From NCBI GenBank assembly GCA_964016885.1, contig OZ024743.1:317564001-317628000 (forward strand): 64,000 nucleotides of DNA, given 5' to 3'. Origin of the DNA: Eledone cirrhosa (lineage: Eukaryota). Below, piece by piece: positions 12,876 to 26,580 of this stretch; the stretch's first letter is position 1, and each line of letters opens with the position of its first letter. A model generated the notes under the pieces. The model saw nothing but the letters and a program-made list of their open reading frames with translations, did no database searches and was not told the origin of the DNA. A program made the translations under genes and the position numbers.

Positions 12876-13399
12876 TGAAAAGAAACAATGCAGTTATTAA
12901 TAAACCTTTAATCACGTCTGAGTCACCACTTTAGCAATTAGATAATTGGTTGTTCACTGTATTTAATATTGGTGGTAGAAAGGATCCGAAAAGAAAATAT
13001 AAATTGGTAGGCGGCGTGAAAATGTTCCGGTAATAGATTCCATAGTTGAGGAAAGGATCAGAAGGCTGTTAACCCATAATAAAGGTTTATTTTCTTCCAG
13101 ACATGATTAAAACTAGTTGTGGGAGAGTGAAGAGGTGCAAATTAAGGAATTGTTAAATTGAACAATAAAAATAATTCTCCTAAGGAAATCCAGAACGAAA
13201 CTGCTTTAGTAGCACATAGTTTTATCGTGAAGTAGACTGGATAAAAATCAGGAATGAGTTACATAGTATCTCTCAGGATAAAGCTGGAACATAACTGGTG
13301 GAGAATTGATACTTCGGCGCGAAATCGCCTGTTGAGTGGAAGTCGTTCTTAGTATTCCTACGCCGCCAACCTAAAGGACTGGCGACTGACCAAGCACGA

Positions 13400-13645
13400 C
13401 CCAATTACTCCGCCGCGACAAAGTAGTGCCATTGCTTGCTACAGAAGCAACCGTGACAAATTGGTCCGGCTGGATCCCAAGCGAGACCAGCTGGCCTCAT
13501 GGATGTTATCCAACCATTTTGCTGGGGGTCTACCCCTGGTCTAACCTGGGGAATCTTGGGTCAACACTTGCCGAAGATGCCACTCAGCAGGTTCCTACTC
13601 AGAACATCATGGTTGTGTTGCGAACTTTCTAACCACTCGAACATA
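13400..13645 (-). mobile_element. 3' fragment of an RTE-clade LINE
   Basis: Minus strand encodes GRPPAKWLDNIHEASWSRLG, similar to the 3' end of the RTE at 29028-30256. Confidence 0.6.
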
Positions 13646-13677
13646 CCTGGACACACACACACACACACACACAAACA

Positions 13678-13862
13678 CAGTGCCGGATTTAGAACAAATG
13701 AGGTCCTCTGCTAGTTAAGTTATGAGGCCCCTTTGAACATTTGACATTTGAAAAACATTTGAAAAATTCATCGTAAAAATTTTTTTGGCAGAAAGACGCG
13801 GCCAACTTCTTAAACAGCCCTGTTCTTAAACACACCAAAGCATAATATTAAATCCGGCACTG
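13678..13862. mobile_element. hAT-like MITE
   Basis: 14-bp perfect TIR CAGTGCCGGATTTA/TAAATCCGGCACTG; 8-bp flanks CACAAACA/CACACACA in a CA repeat. Confidence 0.75.
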
Positions 13863-13899
13863 CACACACACACACACACACACACTCTCTCTCTCTCAC

Positions 13900-13947
<48 letters not shown>

Positions 13948-14079
13948 ACACATGTGCAGTATAAACTATATTTATGCTTATACGTCTAGGTATTATTTCA
14001 CTATTAGGTTATGGAATATTTTGCGGGCTGCTATAACATTTGTAATATACCACGAAAATGTCAAACACTAACTTTTAAG

Positions 14080-14518
14080 CAGAGGCGTAACTAGAGAAAA
14101 TAGCTTCCTACGGCGAGCAGTGAAATTGCATCCCTACCCAAACATCTAACTCCCATCTTTCAGATAACCATAAAATCAGCCAAAAAAAAAACCAATCGCG
14201 TTCGTTAATTTTTAATTGAAAATAATACAAAAAAATTACATCTTCATTTTCCTTGCTTTTACTGATGCAAATTTATCTATGACGTGGTCCCAGTACTGTA
14301 TTCTTACCTATAGGTCTAATAATTTATAGAAATGGTTTAGTGATCCAACCACTATAGTGCTTCTCACCCATGATAATCAAAGACAGATATTACATCTGAA
14401 GAAGTTTCTTTTTTTTTCACTCTCCGACAATAGTTTATTTGACTTTAATAGAAAGTATTCCTAGTTCAAGTGACGCCGATGGCACGTGCCATCCTTGTCA
14501 TACCCTAGTTACACTCTA
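14080..14518. mobile_element. Degenerate hAT-like MITE
   Basis: CAGAGGCGTAACTAG ... CTAGTTACACTCTA imperfect TIR; both flanks end in TTAAG. Confidence 0.45.
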
Positions 14519-15309
14519 CCCTTAAGTCAACACATTACTATACCAAAGAAGGGCATATGTGTATGAAAGAGAGGGACAGATATATCTAGTTAGGTTCTGA
14601 GTTGAGATACCGACCAAGACAACTTTTTTTCCCCACCATAGTGGAGCCGGTAACGAAATAGGAAAATTCCTATAAGCCTTCTATATAGAAGTGAAAGTAA
14701 CAGTCTGATGTACCGCATCTTTTGATTAAACGATTGTAGTAAATAAATGAATGAATGTGTGTATGTGTGTATGCACACACACGCGCGTGTGTGTGTGTGT
14801 GCATATATATATATAATATATAAGAACAAAAGATGGTTAAAAGAGTTCCATGTATTTTATTATGCGCATTTCAAAAACAAATATCATCATGCAATAATAT
14901 TTGTGTTTTCATCAGATAAAACAGGAAGACATGATATGAAGGTTAAAAAACACTTGTGGATAGTGCAGTTTTAAATCAACATATAAAAAGTAGTTTTGAT
15001 ATTGGGGAAAAAAAAAAAAAAAAAAATTATTTTGAGGGGGTTGGGGGTGTTGGAAAGGATGAAAAAGAGGAGGAGATGAGAGTAAAAAGTGGAGAGGGAG
15101 GAGTATAATGAGATAGGAGGAGAGATGGGTGATAGAGAGAGAGAGATAGCTTTTATAACTGAGAGAAATATATTGTTTTACATAGAGAGGTTGAAAACCG
15201 TTGGAAGATAATGTATATATTATGTATACTCCTCCAGTCCTACAAACTGTAGAGTGCTTCTTATCCGATATCTGCATTGCTTTATTGTACTACAATAAAA
15301 CTCACCTCC

Positions 15310-15356
<47 letters not shown>

Positions 15357-15358
<2 letters not shown>

Positions 15359-18300
15359 TAAGAAGCCAAGGGACATATCTTTGCGCCCCCACTCGTGTCC
15401 GGACTAAATCTCCTTGCGTGGTGTTCGCCTGTTTCGCGTCTGGCTAGAGAACATAGCAAAACTCACACACGGATTCGCACCAGTCATCACAGAACGTCCA
15501 TACACTGCCGCGGTACATGGACCAAGAGAGAGACCTGGCCCGCACTACCGATATGATGTTACTGGTCCCTCACTTCCGGAAAGACCTCCTATGCACTTCC
15601 GGCTCCCTGGTCCCACACGCCCCTCTGATCTCAAGGATCAATCACCCCATCATCTCACTGCAGGAGAAAAACCGTTGTCCACTTGGGTGAGCGGCGTTCC
15701 CGTTGGGAACTCCGCAAAGTCGGGGCGGCGCTTTCATTCTTCTCTTCTCCGAAGTCAGCCAAATCAACGATTCTGCGGACATCCAAGACGTGATGCTGCA
15801 TTCCATCCATAGACACGTTGTTTCGGGAATTTTCAGCCGTTACTGTTCCCTTTCCCGATGGTGATGTGCAACGCGCATTTGGGGGCTCCACCCAGACTTC
15901 CTCGCCCACATGCTCGAGCGAATGCCCTCCCCCCTTCTCTCTCTCCAACAAGCCGTTGTAATGACGTATATGGATGTCGTCATTTATATGTATATATCGC
16001 CCTGTGTGGCATCAACTCTTAGGCGATATACTGTACCAGAACACCGCCTCCATTGGTGAAATGTGTCCCCTCTCCATAATGGCTTTGATTGTGCGATGGT
16101 GTTTCTTCACGATCCCATTTCCATTTGGCTTGTACGTCGCTCTGAAGCTCACATTTCACCCATCGAGCATCTCCTTCAGCACTTCCGAGCAAAATGCCGT
16201 GCTGTTATCGATCAATAGTCCATTCACAGGAATCCGCTCCAAGAATATCCCTTTCAGTGTCTATGCAATTTCCTCCGCAGTCCCCATTTATTCATCTCGT
16301 CCATATTGCCATCCGCACCAGTCTGCAATCGACCACCGAGAGATACGTCCCCTTTCTGTAGTGTGTCACACCTACTGTCAATCGCTTCCAGTTATCCTCC
16401 ACTGGGATGTTACCCATCTTGTGCACGCCCATCGGGGTCGATAGGCTGACATTTGTCGCATATCCCGGCCACTTTCTGGACACTGTCTGATAATGTCGGA
16501 GTCGACTTTCCTAGCTCGGAACAGGGTCCCATCCATTCCTATATGATGCATGATATGCAACCTCCTCAATTCTGAGTCACTCAGCTATCCCGTTTTCCGC
16601 ACCCCCGGCCACTTTCAGTCAGGCTTTCTTCGCGCTAGTTAGGATGTCCGCCTTATTTTTCTCCGAGGACTCAAAGACTACATTCAACTTCAGGCCGAAC
16701 TCAGCAGCTAGTTCTAGAGTTGCCCAGGTGGTGCTTTATTAGCATCTCTGCAGCCCCATTTGTTTGCACCCTCTTCTCGCTGGTAAGCACTGATCTCACC
16801 CATCCGAGTACAGTGGCCGAATCTCTATAGTGTACAGTACGTATTTCTAAAGGGCACAGCCCACATCTCATGGAGAGACTCACTCTCTTCAGCACGGCGT
16901 GCAATTCGGCCACGTTGGTGTGGCTACAGTCGTCCTACTTCCTGTACCAGGCTGCGTCCTCGACCTTGATACCCCCTATTTTCAGAACGACCCCAAGACT
17001 CATGCTGCTAGCATCACACCATACGGTCTCGTTCTCCAATTTGGGTACATACCAGTTTCCTCTTACTGACTCCTCCACCTTTACCCTCTCCACGAACGTC
17101 CGCATCATGACCACAGTCCTCTTTCCCACTCTGTCGCCCCAGTTCACCCCGTCCGCGAGTCTCTTGATATAACTGTATGCCTGTTTGGAGTCACCCCGTG
17201 GTTGGATGATGGTTCAGCAATTTCCCACACACCGAGAAAAGTTCTCGTCTGTTCATGACAGTGCCCAGTTCTGGAACTTCATTTCCCCTTCGAAATGCCA
17301 ATGTACTCACCCTGTCTCTTCGCAGCCTGAGTCTCAGTGCAGCTCTTCCTTCCATTGCCTCTGTCGGTTTCGCAGTTAACCCGAACCTTTCTAGGTTACT
17401 AGAGACCTTGTTGCAGACATCACGGTCTCGTCTACCAAGATATCGTCAATGTAAGAATTGGTGGCTCTCTTCACCTTGTCCACCTTTTCCAGAATGACCG
17501 TCGCCATGATCATTGGTGCCGAATTCAACCCGAATCCCAGCCTGGTCAAGCAGTATGTCCAGCCTTTGGTACCGTACTAACTAATACTGCCACAGTTTTT
17601 TCAGCTACATGTAGCTGCAGATATACCGACTTTAAGTCAACAATCGTGGAGTCCCCCTTCATTTTTCTCCACTCTCGCAATGTTTCCCTGCAGACAACTT
17701 TAACCTCGACGCCTGTGTGGCACGACACGTGTTCATTCAGTTCACAAAAGTCCAGCACCGGCCTGACCTTGTTCTTTGTTGGCTGTACTACTGCCATTAA
17801 CGGCAACACTCCGCTCTTTATCTCCTTCTTTCAAAGGCTTAATATGCCCTCCTCGATCCATCTTTGCACCTATCCTTCAAACTCGCTCCTAGCATCCTCT
17901 TTCAGGGTATGCTGATAGCAGCTCATACTGTTCTTCAACGTCGGGGGCTCTCCTTTCTAGTACCACTCAACTATTCACCGCTGACCATCAAACACAGCCC
18001 GGAAATCTTTATCTTGAATGGTATGAGCAGCAGATTTTTCTTCATGGCTCTCTCTGTTCCCTTGTTGTATACTCACGGCGCATGGTGTTCCCGTGCTACC
18101 AAACGTTACCACGTCCTCACTCACTGTAACGCCTCCAATCGGCCAATCGTATCCATGCCCATTACCACATTAATTCCATCCACCACATGGTCGATCACAA
18201 TCGATTGTAGTCTTATTTTTATTACTCGTACCGCCATCTCCACCTCGCTGCTACCTCTGCCTCTAATCTCTCCGCCGTCGACTGTCCTTACACTACTCAT

Positions 18301-18915
18301 CTCGCTCCACTTTTTAACCACCTCCGAGGTCACTAAGGTTGTTGTGCAACCCATGTTCACAATGGCCCTTGACAGCTTCCTCCAACCAGAACGTCCACTA
18401 CGGGCAGCAACGACAAGAGCGCCTCTACTCTCTTCCAGTAGCTACCTGCGCAGTAACTCGCCTTTTACCGTTTCCCTGGCTGCAATTGTTGGCGATATGG
18501 TCTACCCGCTTAAATCAGTAGCAACTTCTTTCAAGCTTCGGCTACTTGCAATCCCATGCAATGTGCAGACCCTGACACATGGCATGGGATGCCCGCAGCC
18601 GAGCGTTCACGAGGGCTCTTCTCCCTTCGTCGTTCGTTGTCGACTGCTATAGGCTTCCAGCGCTGCTAACATCACAACATTCCGCTCAACGCCTTGTGTC
18701 GCCATGTGGGCCAGTTCACTCATGGACATTTTGTTGTTTCTCGGCAGCAGCTGTTGGAACCTCACCGAAATTTCGCCGGGGAAACCATTCATGAACGGCC
18801 CTCTCCAGGTTTTCTCTTGTGAATTAGGCAAGTTTAGCCAACCTCCGGATTTCCGCCGCGAACACGTCCATCTCACTTTGCTTACCTTGGCGAAAGCAGC
18901 ATACGATAAGGCCCG
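15357..18915 (-). mobile_element. Decayed Ty3/Gypsy LTR retrotransposon internal region (gag-PR-RT-RNaseH-INT)
   Basis: Frameshifted minus-strand pieces in Gypsy order: gag-like FMNGFP (~18790); protease-like IVNMGCTTTLV (~18350); RT PLMAVVQPTKNKVRPVLDF...IVDLKSVYLQL and LGFGLNSAP (17500-17810); RNase H WCDASS...AEL...DSATV (16800-17030); integrase HH-CC zone, WKRLTVGVTHY...VVDC and DNSTAF...NGNGIV (16100-16560). LTRs not identified. Confidence 0.85.
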
Positions 18916-18932
18916 CAATTATCGCAGTGCAA

Positions 18933-18990
18933 TACTGATGCTTTATTTTATCGACCCCCGTAAGGATGAAAGGCAAAGCTAACCTCGGCC
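18933..18990 (-). mobile_element. SINE fragment
   Basis: TTTATCGACCCCCGTAAGGATGAAAGGCAAAG motif, also at ~26980-27115 (-), ~23828-23972 (+) and ~28185-28315 (+). Confidence 0.6.
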
Positions 18991-19146
18991 TGTACGATAC
19001 ACTGTGAGACAGGGCTGCTCCTTTGAATTACAGATACAGTATTTATCTTATAGTGCAAGTGGCTGAGTATTTCACATACATGTCTACTCTTAATGTAGTT
19101 CTTAGGGAGATTCTGTACGACACAGTGTGTGAGAAGGCTGAAGCAG

Positions 19147-19570
19147 ATACCGGAGCTTGTCCGATCGCTTCCTCATTACACTGGACGCCGTCGAGACAAG
19201 CGTCCTCGAACTCCATATAGCCGAGTTCCTCCGTAAAATTGGAACGACAGCAGCCCGTCTGAGGAAGGAGTCCGCGAGATGGGGTGGCTGTTGCAGCGGG
19301 TGTCGCTGGCCATTGTCCGCGGAAATGTCTTTGTAATTTTGTCCGCGGGGCGCAGCCGAAACTCCGCTCTGATCTACGTGTAGAATCCGTCACCCTCTCC
19401 ACTTACCCCTTTCTTTCTTTCACTGCCTAATATTCCATGCTCTTTCCCCCTCAATTTATAGTCGTTTCCTTTACATTCCTATACAGTCAGATATACCCTT
19501 CTTAACCCCTTCCCCCTTTTTTCATTACTTAATTTTGTTATCCTTTTTTTAATATTTTCATCATTGAATA
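19147..19570 (+). mobile_element. 3' fragment of a CRE-clade (restriction-like endonuclease) non-LTR retrotransposon
   Basis: Translates (one frameshift) as YRSLSDRF...AVET...AEFLRKIG...REMGWLLQRVSLAIVRGN, matching the CRE/SLACS-type C-terminal QRxSxAxxRGN motif, then a pyrimidine-rich 3' UTR. Confidence 0.65.
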
Positions 19571-19974
19571 ACTTGTGTTCAATAAGTACACCTTATAACT
19601 GGCTGAGTATTCCACATACATGTCTACTCTTAACATACCTCTGGGTCTCAAATAATCGCCCCTCCTCCTGCTTATTCATTTTTCAGACCTCCTTCCTCCG
19701 CTTATTAAATTTTACTAACCCATCTCCGGCGAAATTTTATTTAAAGTGGTAGTATTCCTGCGACAATTAATTTTCTTTATATATTAAAAAAAAAACACAT
19801 TATACATGACAAAAAAACAACAACAAAAAAGAACGTTATAAGAGATCCCATACGTTATAAAATAAATAGGATGGGTTGGGGGGTCTCAATATGTAAACTA
19901 AACGATTAATTCTGGTTTTAAAAAAATCAACGGAATCACCCTAGAACCCCCCCCCCCGGTACTATTTGGGAACC

Positions 19975-20262
19975 GAGAGTAGTTCTCGGGGAGATTCAAT
20001 ACAATACGTTGTGTGGCAGGACTGGTCTTTTGAATTACAGACACAGTACATCACGAGTAATCCACATACATGTAATCTTTTAAAGTAGCTCTCAGGGAGA
20101 TTCAGCGTGACACTGACAAGGCTAACCCTTTGAATTACAGGTACGGTACATCATGTATTATAGTGGAAATAGCTGAGTATTCTGTAGACGCATGTACTCT
20201 TAAAGTAGTTCTCGGGGAGATACAGTGTGTGACAAAGCTGACTATTCGAATTACAGATACAA
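19975..20262 (+). repeat. Degenerate ~100-bp tandem units
   Basis: Recurring TTTGAATTACAG...GCTGAGTATT...TACTCTTAA.GTAGTTCTC.GGGAGAT; related units at 19000-19140 and 19590-19632. Confidence 0.65.
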
Positions 20263-20663
20263 CTAATTTCTTATTTTTATTTTTACTATTAACCACTGAA
20301 TCACTTTCGTATAAAGGAAGTTATCGGTTTGGATAGCCGGAAGCGGCATACCACGTGATAAGTACTTGATGTAGGTCCATTGATGCTGCTGGAGTTGAGT
20401 GATTTACCGTAGCGATGGAGGCAAGTGTTGAAATATTTATTTATATAATCCTTACTTACGGACCTTGTAGAAAATTAGGGAGAGAGAAAGAGAGTGAGAA
20501 TGAAAGAAATTACTGATGGATCGATACTGAAATAATAATGATCTACATACCATCGCTGTTTTAATAACACACCCCAATAACAATCCCATTGTCGATCTAC
20601 GTACGTATTGTGTCTACATGTATATTTATGTTTCTCTCTCTCGTATATAATATATATATATAT

Positions 20664-20800
20664 ATATTCATTTTATTAAGGCTAAATAGTGAGTCTTGTT
20701 TATCAAAACTCCAGAGTAACAAGACTCACTAGTTAGCTTTAAGAAAATGAATATTTAAACTCTACTTCAGTGTTGCGTACTCTTTTCTCTCGACCGTTAA
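20664..20800 (+). mobile_element. Short fold-back element
   Basis: 37-bp imperfect arms 20664-20700 and 20718-20754, unpaired 3' tail, TA on the left; no complete hammerhead. Confidence 0.55.
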
Positions 20801-20802
20801 CT

Positions 20803-20833
<31 letters not shown>

Positions 20834-22312
20834 GTGTATGTGTAGAAACATGTTTTGTATTATGATAGATGGACATTCATTTATCAAACAACGTTTATAA
20901 AAATATCCATATACTTCATTCTTTTGACTTTTCTCACTTTCCCCCCTATATCTATCATGCGTAATTATTTGCACTGTATGGGCCTTCATAGTTAGGTATG
21001 CTTCCACCTCTTCAAACACCTGTCTTTGTCTTTTAATACTCTCAACTCTTGTACAGTTTGTTTCATATTCATCCAGCTATAAAACAAGTAAGTACCAGTA
21101 ATTACGACTTTGTGTTTTATACAAAAATGGCCCTACACCTAATAATGAATTAATCTATCTCGGTCGATAAAATAAAGTACCAGTCAAGTACTGAGGGTCT
21201 CTTTAACCGAAATTAGAAACCAAATACCTCAGTATTGTGTTTCATCTGTCCACATTCTTAATTTTGGTTTATATACCGTTTATATTGACACTTAACCATT
21301 TATTTCTCTGGAGGTATGTAAACTACTTGTTTGTGGGTTTCAAGGTAAGAAAAATTATGGGAATCTTTGCTGGAAATAAGAAAACGAAACTATCTCATCA
21401 TAGTCACCGGTTTCATTACGTTCATGTCAGGTTCCCTCGTAGGTTCATTTGTGTCTCTGTTTATTATATACACGTGTGTGTGTGTATCTTTGTGTTTATA
21501 TATATATATACACACATATACATACACACTTACACACATATATATACACGAGTAATCAGAGTACGAAATGAATCTGGTGAATGCGAAGAGGTATTTTCAT
21601 TTTCTTATCTGAGTTCTATTGTTAATGATAGCCGAAATTATTGTTTTTTTGTTCCTTTTGAGAAATGCATGAATGTCATATAATCACGTTTTCTCACTGA
21701 AGCTAACCGAAAATTAATCGAAATAACAACTATTTAAAGGCGTGGTACTTCCTCTGGTTTTATTAGTATTTATCATCGATCAACAGCATGTTCATGATAT
21801 TCTCAGTTCTTTACTAAAACAGCACTAACATTTTAATATTTCATAGTTGTACAAGTCTGGAAGACCGTTTGTTGAAATTAAAGCAATTACATCGTGGAAG
21901 AGTCATTTTAATCATTGAACACACACACAAACTGTGACTTCACTTTATATTTATAGTATTTAGTGTCGAATTTTTCGTCACAATGTTTGCGACCTGGTCA
22001 CCGACATGCTTCCACTAGTTTTCTAGATTATCATATGATGCTTCTACTTACTATTTTCCTTCATAACTGTTTCTTTTTGTGGTTGTTTCTCAAATTAATA
22101 ATTCGGTCTCTCTCTCTCTCTCTCTATAAATACACACACACACACATACAGTCTGTACGTGCGTTTAACCATTTAATGATGGAAACATCTTTATGGATGA
22201 AAATGGAATAGTGAAAAGAAATGTGAATTTTCCCTTTTTTTTCTCCCTTCGTGCCATGCATAAAAGGGATGTCCGTTGCGCAGAAATTACTGCGGGTAAT
22301 TTCATCGCAGTG

Positions 22313-22354
<42 letters not shown>

Positions 22355-23068
22355 CCTGTTTATATTACATATCTCCTTATTTTCTCTCCCCCACCCTGCT
22401 TATATAAATGACATTGTTTATCGATATATATGCGTGTGTAAACAATACACCCACACACAGACATGTTCATACAATATACACCACGAATAAACATACATAT
22501 ACATACACGCATTGTATCTGTATGTGTCATTCTACACGTTGCCAACCACTCTGATTTGATACCTCACACCAACTACAACGTTAATGTTAGCACTGATTAA
22601 TCGATAGCTTACAATTTTATTCCACCAGATAAACCTTTCGTGTGTTGAAATATATATATATATATATATTTATATATTTTATGTTGCAATGGTGACCTAG
22701 ACATCATTGAACGGTCAGATTGTGTTTGATAAAATTATGGTAAAATATTTACTTTATCGATTTATGTTTTACTTCATTTTCCGAACTGGTTTGGTGAGAT
22801 ATTTTAGAAATTCTTTTACAATTCTTGGCACGCACCTGAAGATATTGAAAATTTTTTAACGATTGTCTCCCCTTGTTTGTCTTAACTAACTGTAGTTGTG
22901 CAGCTTGGATAGACAAATGTCATCATACCTTTATTTTGTTAATGGTTTTAGTTCGATTGCGGCCATGCTGGGGCACTGACTTCATTTAGTCGACCTCCAT
23001 TACGTATTTTATCGATCTCTTTTTAGTCCAACCGTTAAGTTACATTATATAAACAGACAAGCGTAAAT

Positions 23069-23147
<79 letters not shown>

Positions 23148-24414
23148 GCAGATCTCTTGTAAATTCAACTCACGGTGTGTGCACCCCCCCCCCCGGTTAA
23201 AGAAGAGACTTGTCGAAGGTGCTGTGTAACGGAACTGATGGCAAAACCACGTAGTTGTAAAGCTAACTCCTTAACCACGCAACCCTGTTTGTACCATTCG
23301 CTCAGTTCTTTCATTTTCCCTAATGATGATATAATATTAGTCATTATTTGGAAGAGCAAGGGCGGTGGATCACCAGTACTGCATTGGGGTTGATTTAATC
23401 GACTTTCCCCTCTCCCTCAAAATGTTGGCTTTGTGCCTAAAGTAGAAACAATTATTTGGAAGAACAATCAACTAATCCTTTTAAATGAGAATCAAAAATA
23501 ACAGAAAAAGGGGGATTTCAGTGTCACCATTTAACGTCTATTTTCTATACTTTGCATGGGTTAGACGAGCTGTCACATGTGGTCAGACAGGTTAGGTGAC
23601 TACGTTTTGCTCACAAGTTCCATTTTTGGCCTGGTTTCTTACTGCTAACTTCTTTACAGCATGGGCTTGGAGCTTTTTTTTTTTTTTTTGTAGCACCAGC
23701 ATTACCTTACAGAGTGAACTGGGTGCTTTTTGTTGTGACACCAGTATGACCACCTTACATCATGGACTTTGTGCTTTTGTTGTGGCACCACCATCTCATT
23801 GATTTTAAAACGGGTTACTAATCTGATAGGTGGCGAATTGGCTGAGTCATTAGAACATCAGTTAGAATGCTTTATGGTATTCATTCTGGCTCTCTGATCT
23901 CTGAGGTCAACTTTGCCTTTCATCTTTTTGAGGTCGATAAAAAAAAAGTACCAGTCTAGTACTGGGGTCGATTTTTCCTCTCTCTGGAAAAATTTGCTGT
24001 ACTCAGGCCTGGAGAGGGAGGGGCTTTGCCAAGCTTAAAATGCCCAAGAAACGTTGTATGTCAATACGGCGCCACTACGACTCTATCAGGAGTTATGGGA
24101 CCATACAATATAATACTAATCTGATCCTTGCTCTAAGAACTGCGGCTTTAAATTATAAATAAAGACTAATTAGTAAGAGTTGTTTGTCTTTTTGTCAGGA
24201 GTTGTGACTGGTAGATAGTATTAGCAATCGAAAGATCAATGGAAATTGTTTCCTTGGTCTGATTTGACATGTTCCACCCCACTTGTGGTCCAATTTGACG
24301 TGTTCCACCCCATTTGGGAAGCAAATGGGGTTTGGGACTTATCGATCGATTTGATTATTTGTCTTTCAAAATATATTTTAGAGATGTAGTTTTTCTAAAT
24401 ATCTGATTATGTAT

Positions 24415-26580
24415 CTGGTTTAGAATAGGTAAACTGAACCCCAGTGTGTTTCTGGTTTAGAATAGGTACACTTTATCTGTGTGTTTCTGGTTTAGAATAG
24501 GTACACTGAACCCCAGTGTGTTTCTGGTTTAGAATAGGTACACTGTATCTGTGTGTTTCTGGTTTAGAATAGGTACACTGAACCCCAGTGTGTTTCTGGT
24601 TCAGAATAGGTACACTGAACCCCAGTGTGTTTCTAGTTTAGAATAGGTACACTGAACCCCAGTGTGTTTCTAGTTTAGAATAGGTACACTGAACCCCAGT
24701 GTGTTTCTAGTTTAGAATAGGTACACTGTATCTGTGTGTTTCTGGTTCAGAATAGGTACACTGAACCCCAGTGTGTTTTTAGTTTAGAATAGGTACACTG
24801 AACCCCAGTGTGTTTCTGGTTTAGAATAGGTACACTGTATCTGTGTGTTTCTGGTTTAGAATAGGTACACTGAACCCCAGTGTGTTTCTGGTTCAGAATA
24901 GGTACACTGAACCCCAGTGTGTTTCTGGTTCAGAATAGGTACACTGAACCCCAGTGTGTTTCTAGTTTAGAATAGGTACACTGAACCCCAGTGTGTTTCT
25001 AGTTTAGAATAGGTACACTGTATCCCTGTGTGTTCCTGGTTTAGAATAGGTATACTGTATCCCTGTGTGTTTCTGGTTTAGAATAGGTAAACTGTATCTG
25101 TGCGTGTTTCTGGTTTAGAATAGGTACACTGTATCCCTGTGTGTTTCTGGTTTAGAATAGGTAAACTGTATCCGTGTGTTTCTGGTTTAGAATAGGTACA
25201 CTGTATCCCTGTGTGTTTCTGGTTTAGAATAGGTAAACTGTATCCCTGTGTGTTTCTGGTTTAGAATAGGTACACTGTATCCCTGTGTGTTTCTGGTTTA
25301 GAATAGGTACACTGTATCCCTGTGTGTTTCTGGTTTAGAATAGGTACACTGTACCCCTGTGTGTGTTTCTGGTTTAGAATAGGTACACTGTATCTGTGTG
25401 TGTTTCTGGTTTAGAATAGGTACACTGTACCCCTGTGTGTGTTTCTGGTTTAGAATAGGTAAACTGTATCTCTGTGTGTTTCTGGTTTAGAATAGGTACA
25501 CTGAACCCCAGTGTGTTTCTGGTTTAGAATAGGTAGACTGTACCCCTGTGTGTTTCTGGTTTAGAATAGGTACACTGAACCCCTGTGTGTTTCTGGTTCA
25601 GAATAGGTACACTACCCCTGTGTGTTTCTGGTTTAGAATAGGCACACTACCCCTGTGTGTTTCTGGTTCAGAATAGGTACACTGAACCCCTGTGTGTTTC
25701 TGGTTCAGAATAGGTACACTGTACCCCTGTGTGTTTCTGGTTCAGAATAGGTACACTGTACCCCTGTGTGTTTCTGGTTCAGAATAGGTACACTGTACCC
25801 CTGTGTGTTTCTGGTTCAGAATAGGTACACTGTACCCCTGTGTATTTCTGGTTCAGAATAAGTACACTGTACCCCTGTGTGTTTCTGGTTCAGAATAGGT
25901 ACACTGTACCCCTGTGTGTTTCTGGTTCAGAATAGGTACACTGTACCCCTGTGTGTTTCTGGTTTAGAATAGGTACACTGAACCCCTGTGTGTTTCTGGT
26001 TTAGAATAGGTACACTGAACCCCTGTGTGTTTCTGGTTTAGAATAGGTACACTGTATCCCTGTGTGTATTTGGTTTACAATAGGTACACTGAACCCCTGT
26101 GTGTTTCTGGTTTAGAATAGGTAAACTGTATCCCTGTGTGTTTCTGGTTTAGAATAGGTACACTGAACCCCTGTGTGTTTCTGGTTTAGAATAGGTAGAC
26201 TGTACCCCTGTGTGTTTCTGGTTTAGAATAGGTACACTGTATCCCTGTGTGTTTCTGGTTTAGAATAAGTACACTGTACCCCTGTGTGTTTCTGGTTTAG
26301 AATAGGTACACTGAACCCCTGTGTGTTTCTGGTTTAGAATAGGTAAACTGTATCCCTGTGTGTTTCTGGTTTACAATAGGTACACTGTATCCCTGTGTGT
26401 ATTTGGTTTACAATAGGTACACTGAACCCCTGTGTGTTTCTGGTTCAGAATAGGTACACTGTACCCCTGTGTGTATTTGGTTTACAATAGGTACACTGTA
26501 CCCCTGTGTGTTTCTGGTTTAGAATAGGTACACTGTATCCCTGTGTGTATTTGGTTTACAATAGGTAAACTGTATCTCTG
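24415..26580. repeat. Minisatellite, ~37-bp unit, roughly 58 copies
   Basis: Consensus CTGGTTTAGAATAGGTACACTG(AACCCCA/TATCCCT/TACCCCT)GTGTGTTT; 35- and 39-bp variants. Confidence 0.97.

Noticed and set aside
20300-20470. Promoter-like CCGGAAG and CACGTG motifs, and a minus-strand GTAAGT donor near 20460
   Set aside because: Short motifs only; cannot assign a TSS, strand or gene without transcript data.
22836-22860. CUGAAGA-UAUU-GAAA
   Set aside because: No stem II, stem III or stem I pairing; likely chance.
24415-26580. CRISPR-like regular ~37-bp repeats
   Set aside because: Units are head-to-tail with no unique spacers, there are no cas genes, and the context is eukaryotic.
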